The position numbers were made by a program, and so were the translations under genes. The notes under the pieces are model-generated. The model had not been told where the DNA came from, did no database searches, and saw nothing but the letters and a program-made list of their open reading frames with translations. DNA of 25,514 nt from a virus (Duplodnaviria; Caudoviricetes), in IMG/VR virus record IMGVR_UViG_3300012953_000202, positions 1 to 25,514 of that record; one strand, written 5' to 3'. This document shows, piece after piece, positions 22,901-25,514 of this stretch; within the stretch, counting starts at the first letter, position 1; each line of letters starts with the position of its first letter.

Positions 22901-25186
22901 AATACTGGTTCTAGTTATGATACAGCTTTATTAACAATTGAAAGTCCACAACTTCCAGGTGGAGGTACTGCTACAGGAACAGTTAGAGTTTCTGGAGGAA
23001 AAGTTTATCATTCAGAATTGATTTCTATAGGATCTGAATACACAGAACCACCTGCTGTTGTTGTTAGAGGAACAGGTACTGGTAATTCAGGAGCAGAAGT
23101 ACAATCTATAGTTGATATCAATAATCCAGCAGTTAGAATGGGTATTGCTACTGATCAAACTGGTATTACAAATTCAACAGTTCCAACTAACTTTAAGTTT
23201 GATTATCCTACTTATTTACAGGATGATACTGAGTACGCTCTTGTTCTTGAAACAGATTCAACTGATTACCTTGTCTGGGCTTCTAAGTTGGGTGAGACAG
23301 AGATTGCGACTAGTACAACTGTTACAACACAACCTGCTCTGGGTTCTCTCTTTAAATCTCAGAATACTAGTGCTTGGACAGAGGATCTATTTGAAGATCT
23401 TAAATTTAAGATGTATCGTGCTGAATTTGATATTACAAAAACAGGAGTGTTACATCTAACTAATGAGAATCTTGGATACGAGACTCTTGGTATAGATTCT
23501 ATTGAGACAAATGCATTATCTGATACAACTGCAACATCAAATTTATTTAAAAATAATAATTTCGTTGTTAAAATAAATCATTACGATAATGGATTTAGTA
23601 CTGATAGTACTTCACATGTATTCTTTAAAGGAGCAGAATCTACTGGTGGAATAACATCTTCTCAGTTAAATTCAGAATTGTTTAAAGTAGATAATGTAGG
23701 TATTGATAGTTATAATATTACTTCTAACAATAGAGCTACGGCAAATGCATTTGGTGGTGGTACAACTGTACTAGCATCTTATAATAGAAAGTTTGAGAAA
23801 TTACATGCAATTATTCCAAATCTTTCTTTTAGTCAAACCAAAATTGATTCTTCTATTAAAACAACTAATATTTCTCCTGTAGATGATAATATTGGTACAT
23901 ATGTATCATATACACAATCTGAATATGAAAAGACTTTCTTAAATGAAGATTTCTTCTTTATTAATCAAAAGGTAATTGCTTCTAGAATTAATGAAACAGT
24001 TAATGGTATTGATAGATCATTAACATATAAACTTGACCTTTCAAGTAATGTTTCTCATTTATCACCACTGGTTGATTTATCTAGATCTTCTATTAAAACA
24101 ATTACTAATAGAATTGAAAATTCAAAAGGTAACGAATCTAGATTTGGACGTAGAGATCAAATATTAGAATTTAAACAAGTCTACACATTCCAATTAGATG
24201 GAATAGATACTGGTTCTGGAGAATCTATTACAGATCCAGCAACAACAAAACAAACTTTATCTGGAGAAACTACAAAAGCTTTTGGAGATATTGTTAAAGT
24301 TACTGGAACAACTGTTTGGGTTAAGTTGAGTACAGTAAATTCATTTGCTCCTGGCGAGAAAGTAGTATTTTCATCTGATACTTTTGCATCACAGTCTGGT
24401 GCTGGTAATGGTGTTACTGTTACTTTTGGAAGTATATCAGAAGTAGTACCACAAATACCAAGTACGATATCACCAAAAATAACTATTACTGGAAGATATC
24501 CATCTGATTCATCTGTGAAATACACAGATAAAATTTCTGGAACTGTAATCATTTGGAATGCAAAAGAAAAACAATTGGTATTATCAAATCAGAAACAACC
24601 TATTGATAATGATTACACAAGTTCAATTACTCAAGGTACTAATTTTATAAGAACTGCTACACAATCTAATGATATATTCCGTGTTGGTGATTATATTTCA
24701 TGGGAAAGTCAAGATGAATCTGAAGCAGATTTTGTTGAGATATCTAAAGTATCTTATACAAATGGAATAGACTATACATCTGATATAAAATCAAAAAATA
24801 GTTCAAGTATTGCTAAATATGTAACTAAAGAAGTTGGAATACAAAATCCTGGAACTTCTGTTAATGTTAAATTAACTGCTAATACTGATGATGTTGAAAA
24901 TATTAGAGTTTTATATAGAATTAAAAAGTCTTCTTCACAAGAAAACTTTGAAGATATTGAATGGGTATATTTCAATGGTGATGGTTCACAAGATGTTGAT
25001 GTAATTGCAACTGCTGAGAATTCTATTAGTGGAATTACTGAGAAGCAATCTTCATATCAAGAATTATCATATAGTATTGATAACCTTCCTGAGTTCTCAT
25101 CATTTGCCATCAAGGTCGTAATGAAATCAAACAACCCCGCATTTGTACCGAAGATCCAAGATCTACGGGCTGTAGCATCATACTAA
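16997..25186 (+). CDS. Very large virion structural protein, VrlC-like / DUF4815-type, 2729 aa
   Basis: MPQKTNLNVAPYYDDF...KNFYKVLFRPGYSIQARELTQLQS.LQNQIE.FG, LARRTYDESGDY.V, YTMRDIGKLEKRIERLEYYT.LS.LE, RFKSGF.VDNF, PLAQTF, C-terminal F..FAIK.VM......VP.I.DLRAVA. Usually found after gp8 in cyanomyophages. Confidence 0.85.
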   Translation: MPQKTNLNVAPYYDDFAQDKNFYKVLFRPGYSIQARELTQLQSSLQNQIESFGKYAFKQGELVIPGEVGFNNKLNFVKLSSVSEIPINVDGKVVYKKYDITQLKGETLKGLTSGVTGIVVEANISTETTSDLIFVNYTNSGDAGNEDTFRQGETLEVVDGVNTPLLVVGTDGSVLPTSISVTNPDTRETTSLESPTMGFASAVKVEEGIYFVNGFFVRTSEQLLIVDNYYNSPSSKVGFKITESIVTSEEDSSLYDNAIGSTNYSSPGANRLKIELQLVKYSLTEITDKNFIQLLLIKRGSVQSQVVQTDYNLLENTLARRTYDESGDYVVEDFPLDVREYYEQDGNFGVYSLDDLGTVNGLPTNEAKNKLVASIGPGKAYIKGYEIVNSETKYLPIDKARETLGRDDIRLKTTGLPTYKITNTWGSVPLNSEGADLIAYPNVFLTSTFSDGTIGLNGSELSTDSKQTLSRRGQLFNINTAVKTIYVNIDPSIDLNNIDVTSSTPVVTDDFNKRLHYLSLTGLWITQSRSTANSTAIGAKVDVIGYAEVSLLDVNNSTSVTYLEITVTGEKDILDEYLLEYDTASADKFRQVFRTQSDAEATSATPFGRIVDYNETITPVIGTVKPSNFTLIERGNGFNPDTDVVISKGRTSQGNSSYNTTFGFSYFDPQFFTKIILDEPITTLGSFTPGQYVYGLDSGAYGVVEGSTSTKYTSHKTLMVKTLFGTFKSGETLKDESNNTLRIAKDNTISHFIVPKRGQDYVSGSTLRIDGVEYDGSKIELLLSSGGGIINATIKDRSSVSIEYSQPPVVTVEQASTGGTPTSASVVVPILIRNAVTTYTPQNVKSLYSEFGAGGVNSHIFTSDVDLNKQKYAETVSVTDFTFSGDQGRKYIECNGFGGDSTTFIQQGDLIQFTDSTNNVIRSIAQRGTKSDGVLKSRIYLDSSLSSPVVNASVVRVRPSIDNFNQGALLYKTGTNQISSIVDSNENSKIKYYLRRDFISQGVGGSGKITFSAPLPFGTQRFVSFTESNFLVTILDPGDAPDVSKGDIVYVTSEQVVIESSTDSATGLTAGSVRLDLPSTYFGGTGSYTNYPKLKLTATLEVSKAKPRLKTSITDKRIVIDSIGDTIIPFRGRDYDTDAIETYSYADAYKLKYVYEGSVTEAPVADKNGNLVTGTDVTSRYTFDDGQRDTIYDVSRIILKPGYDVPSGKLLIAFDYFDHTSGDFCTVDSYLHEAGVGPEEIPSYNSPAIGKISLSDVLDFRPKVDNDAIVSGFLNTSLLSASNTRSFTGAGGIVCSTPAPDSNLEYTFGFSQSQYLDRIDAVFLNKNGQFIIKQGNSSLNPSKPDLVSDSVPLYYVYVPAFTTSNKDVKIVPVDNKRYTMRDIGKLEKRIERLEYYTTLSILEQQALNMQITDSIGLTRFKSGFIVDNFETHKIGSLQSLDYKCAVDTQQSVLRPQSKEDSFKLEEVNTRDDQRSISGYKKTGDRITLPYTELEVLGNNFATKTINPNPFVVIQYVGDSFISPNVDSWYDNSVEPLVVDNNTNLYSIFLAKNEIRDAFSSLYNSYKINWIGANKAFFNIGSFGDVNTTVADSRVTDASIASSSNVSLQNNEVGKGINTKGIGTSVVATSLAFFARSVPVKFKINRLKPNTIIHVFMEGKDISRWVNPDLNYSGIAGSSLTTFNNKVTTDDNGNASGVILVPAGKPPRENATWNGNIDDVVYDSEGDEVRFTTGTLTIRFTSSSTNASKDIVESFAETKYYATGLLPENPSSIVSTTPAYFKANEGKQVTDSNTENPIKPNPLAQTFRVENFEGGMFATGIDLFFSQKSSNIPIRVYLTDIQNGKPGKNIIPGTQKVISPETYLRVVASDTLYITKDEIITGSTSGASGPISKVYDKNNIEVTVSSIGLFTLNNDQVYTLVLNNNNGISFIQDETLSIPSLIASNNQNNTTLSLKIAKDSGSISELRITNTGSSYDTALLTIESPQLPGGGTATGTVRVSGGKVYHSELISIGSEYTEPPAVVVRGTGTGNSGAEVQSIVDINNPAVRMGIATDQTGITNSTVPTNFKFDYPTYLQDDTEYALVLETDSTDYLVWASKLGETEIATSTTVTTQPALGSLFKSQNTSAWTEDLFEDLKFKMYRAEFDITKTGVLHLTNENLGYETLGIDSIETNALSDTTATSNLFKNNNFVVKINHYDNGFSTDSTSHVFFKGAESTGGITSSQLNSELFKVDNVGIDSYNITSNNRATANAFGGGTTVLASYNRKFEKLHAIIPNLSFSQTKIDSSIKTTNISPVDDNIGTYVSYTQSEYEKTFLNEDFFFINQKVIASRINETVNGIDRSLTYKLDLSSNVSHLSPLVDLSRSSIKTITNRIENSKGNESRFGRRDQILEFKQVYTFQLDGIDTGSGESITDPATTKQTLSGETTKAFGDIVKVTGTTVWVKLSTVNSFAPGEKVVFSSDTFASQSGAGNGVTVTFGSISEVVPQIPSTISPKITITGRYPSDSSVKYTDKISGTVIIWNAKEKQLVLSNQKQPIDNDYTSSITQGTNFIRTATQSNDIFRVGDYISWESQDESEADFVEISKVSYTNGIDYTSDIKSKNSSSIAKYVTKEVGIQNPGTSVNVKLTANTDDVENIRVLYRIKKSSSQENFEDIEWVYFNGDGSQDVDVIATAENSISGITEKQSSYQELSYSIDNLPEFSSFAIKVVMKSNNPAFVPKIQDLRAVASY

Positions 25187-25198
25187 AGGATCCCCATC

Positions 25199-25514
25199 AT
25201 GTCATTAAGAAACGTAGCAACATCATTCACAATAGAACAGCAGAGGTTAGAGATTAATGCTCTTGCTGGAGATGTCAATAACATAGCAATAGGAGTAACC
25301 AATGTTGGTACTGCTGCCACTGCTAATGCCCTTGCAGCTGGTGCAACTGGTGCTGACCTTACATTGAGTGGGACACTCACAGTAAATGGATCTCAGACGA
25401 TTCTGAACACTGCCACACTTGAGGTGGAGGACAAGAACATTGTCATTGCTAAGGGATCTACAACTGATGCTGCTGCCTCTGGGGGAGGTATAACTCTTAA
25501 GGGTGCAGATGACA
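25199..25514 (+). CDS. Tail-fibre-like structural protein, 5' part only (runs off the window)
   Basis: ATG 25199: MSLRNVATSFTIEQQRLEINALAGDV...LTLSGTLTVNGSQTILNTATLEVEDKNIVIAKG...GGGITLKG, open to the end. LTVNG.QT..NT.TL.VEDKNI is a common phage fibre motif. Confidence 0.8.
   Translation, partial: MSLRNVATSFTIEQQRLEINALAGDVNNIAIGVTNVGTAATANALAAGATGADLTLSGTLTVNGSQTILNTATLEVEDKNIVIAKGSTTDAAASGGGITLKGADD

Noticed and set aside
5544-25186. Inteins or introns as an explanation for the giant ORFs
   Set aside because: No C-terminal HN-[CST] splice junction with matching N-terminal block, no LAGLIDADG motifs noticed, and the reading frames are uninterrupted.
16759-25380. Antisense or off-frame ORFs within gp8, the VrlC-like gene and the fibre gene (16759, 18019, 21679, 22006, 23112, 24181, 24772, 25183)
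   Set aside because: Shadows of long sense-strand genes. 25183-25380 is antisense to the real + strand gene starting at 25199.
1-25514. tRNA, rRNA, CRISPR array, DGR template/variable repeats
   Set aside because: No cloverleaf, regularly spaced repeats, reverse transcriptase or long near-identical nucleotide repeats seen by eye. The two helical-domain repeats are diverged protein-level duplicates sharing only short identities such as GGTGGAAATGAGAA.

Overview
This window comes from a T4-like marine cyanomyophage (Kyanoviridae-like; the AT-rich composition would fit a Prochlorococcus-type host, which is inference). All credible genes are on the + strand. Positions 1-633 are the end of an early-type cluster of small genes: a 50-aa ORF, a HicA-like RNase ORF, a 66-aa ORF with a sigma70-type promoter, and an intrinsic terminator. 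A structured non-coding stretch with a T4 late promoter (TATAAATA) opens the late region. That region has small, partly overlapping ORFs, a PAAR/gp5.4-type spike tip, a 44-aa basic protein, a free-standing HNH endonuclease and a TIGR02466-type 2OG-Fe(II) oxygenase. The baseplate module follows: gp25, gp6, a 3204-aa gp7-like wedge protein, gp8, a 2729-aa VrlC/DUF4815-like protein and the start of a fibre-like gene. The main finding is inside the gp7-like protein, downstream of its HPAG motif. It carries two, apparently nested, copies of a helical domain that aligns without gaps to the phycobiliprotein bilin-binding core (K-C-x-R-D-x-G...GG). Each copy also has a second Cys helix resembling the beta-155 site served by T-type lyases. 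This suggests a possibly chromophorylated virion baseplate protein, and a candidate phage substrate for the bilin-synthesis and CpeT-lyase genes known in cyanophages. It is a hypothesis from alignment by eye against recalled sequences; no searches were run.
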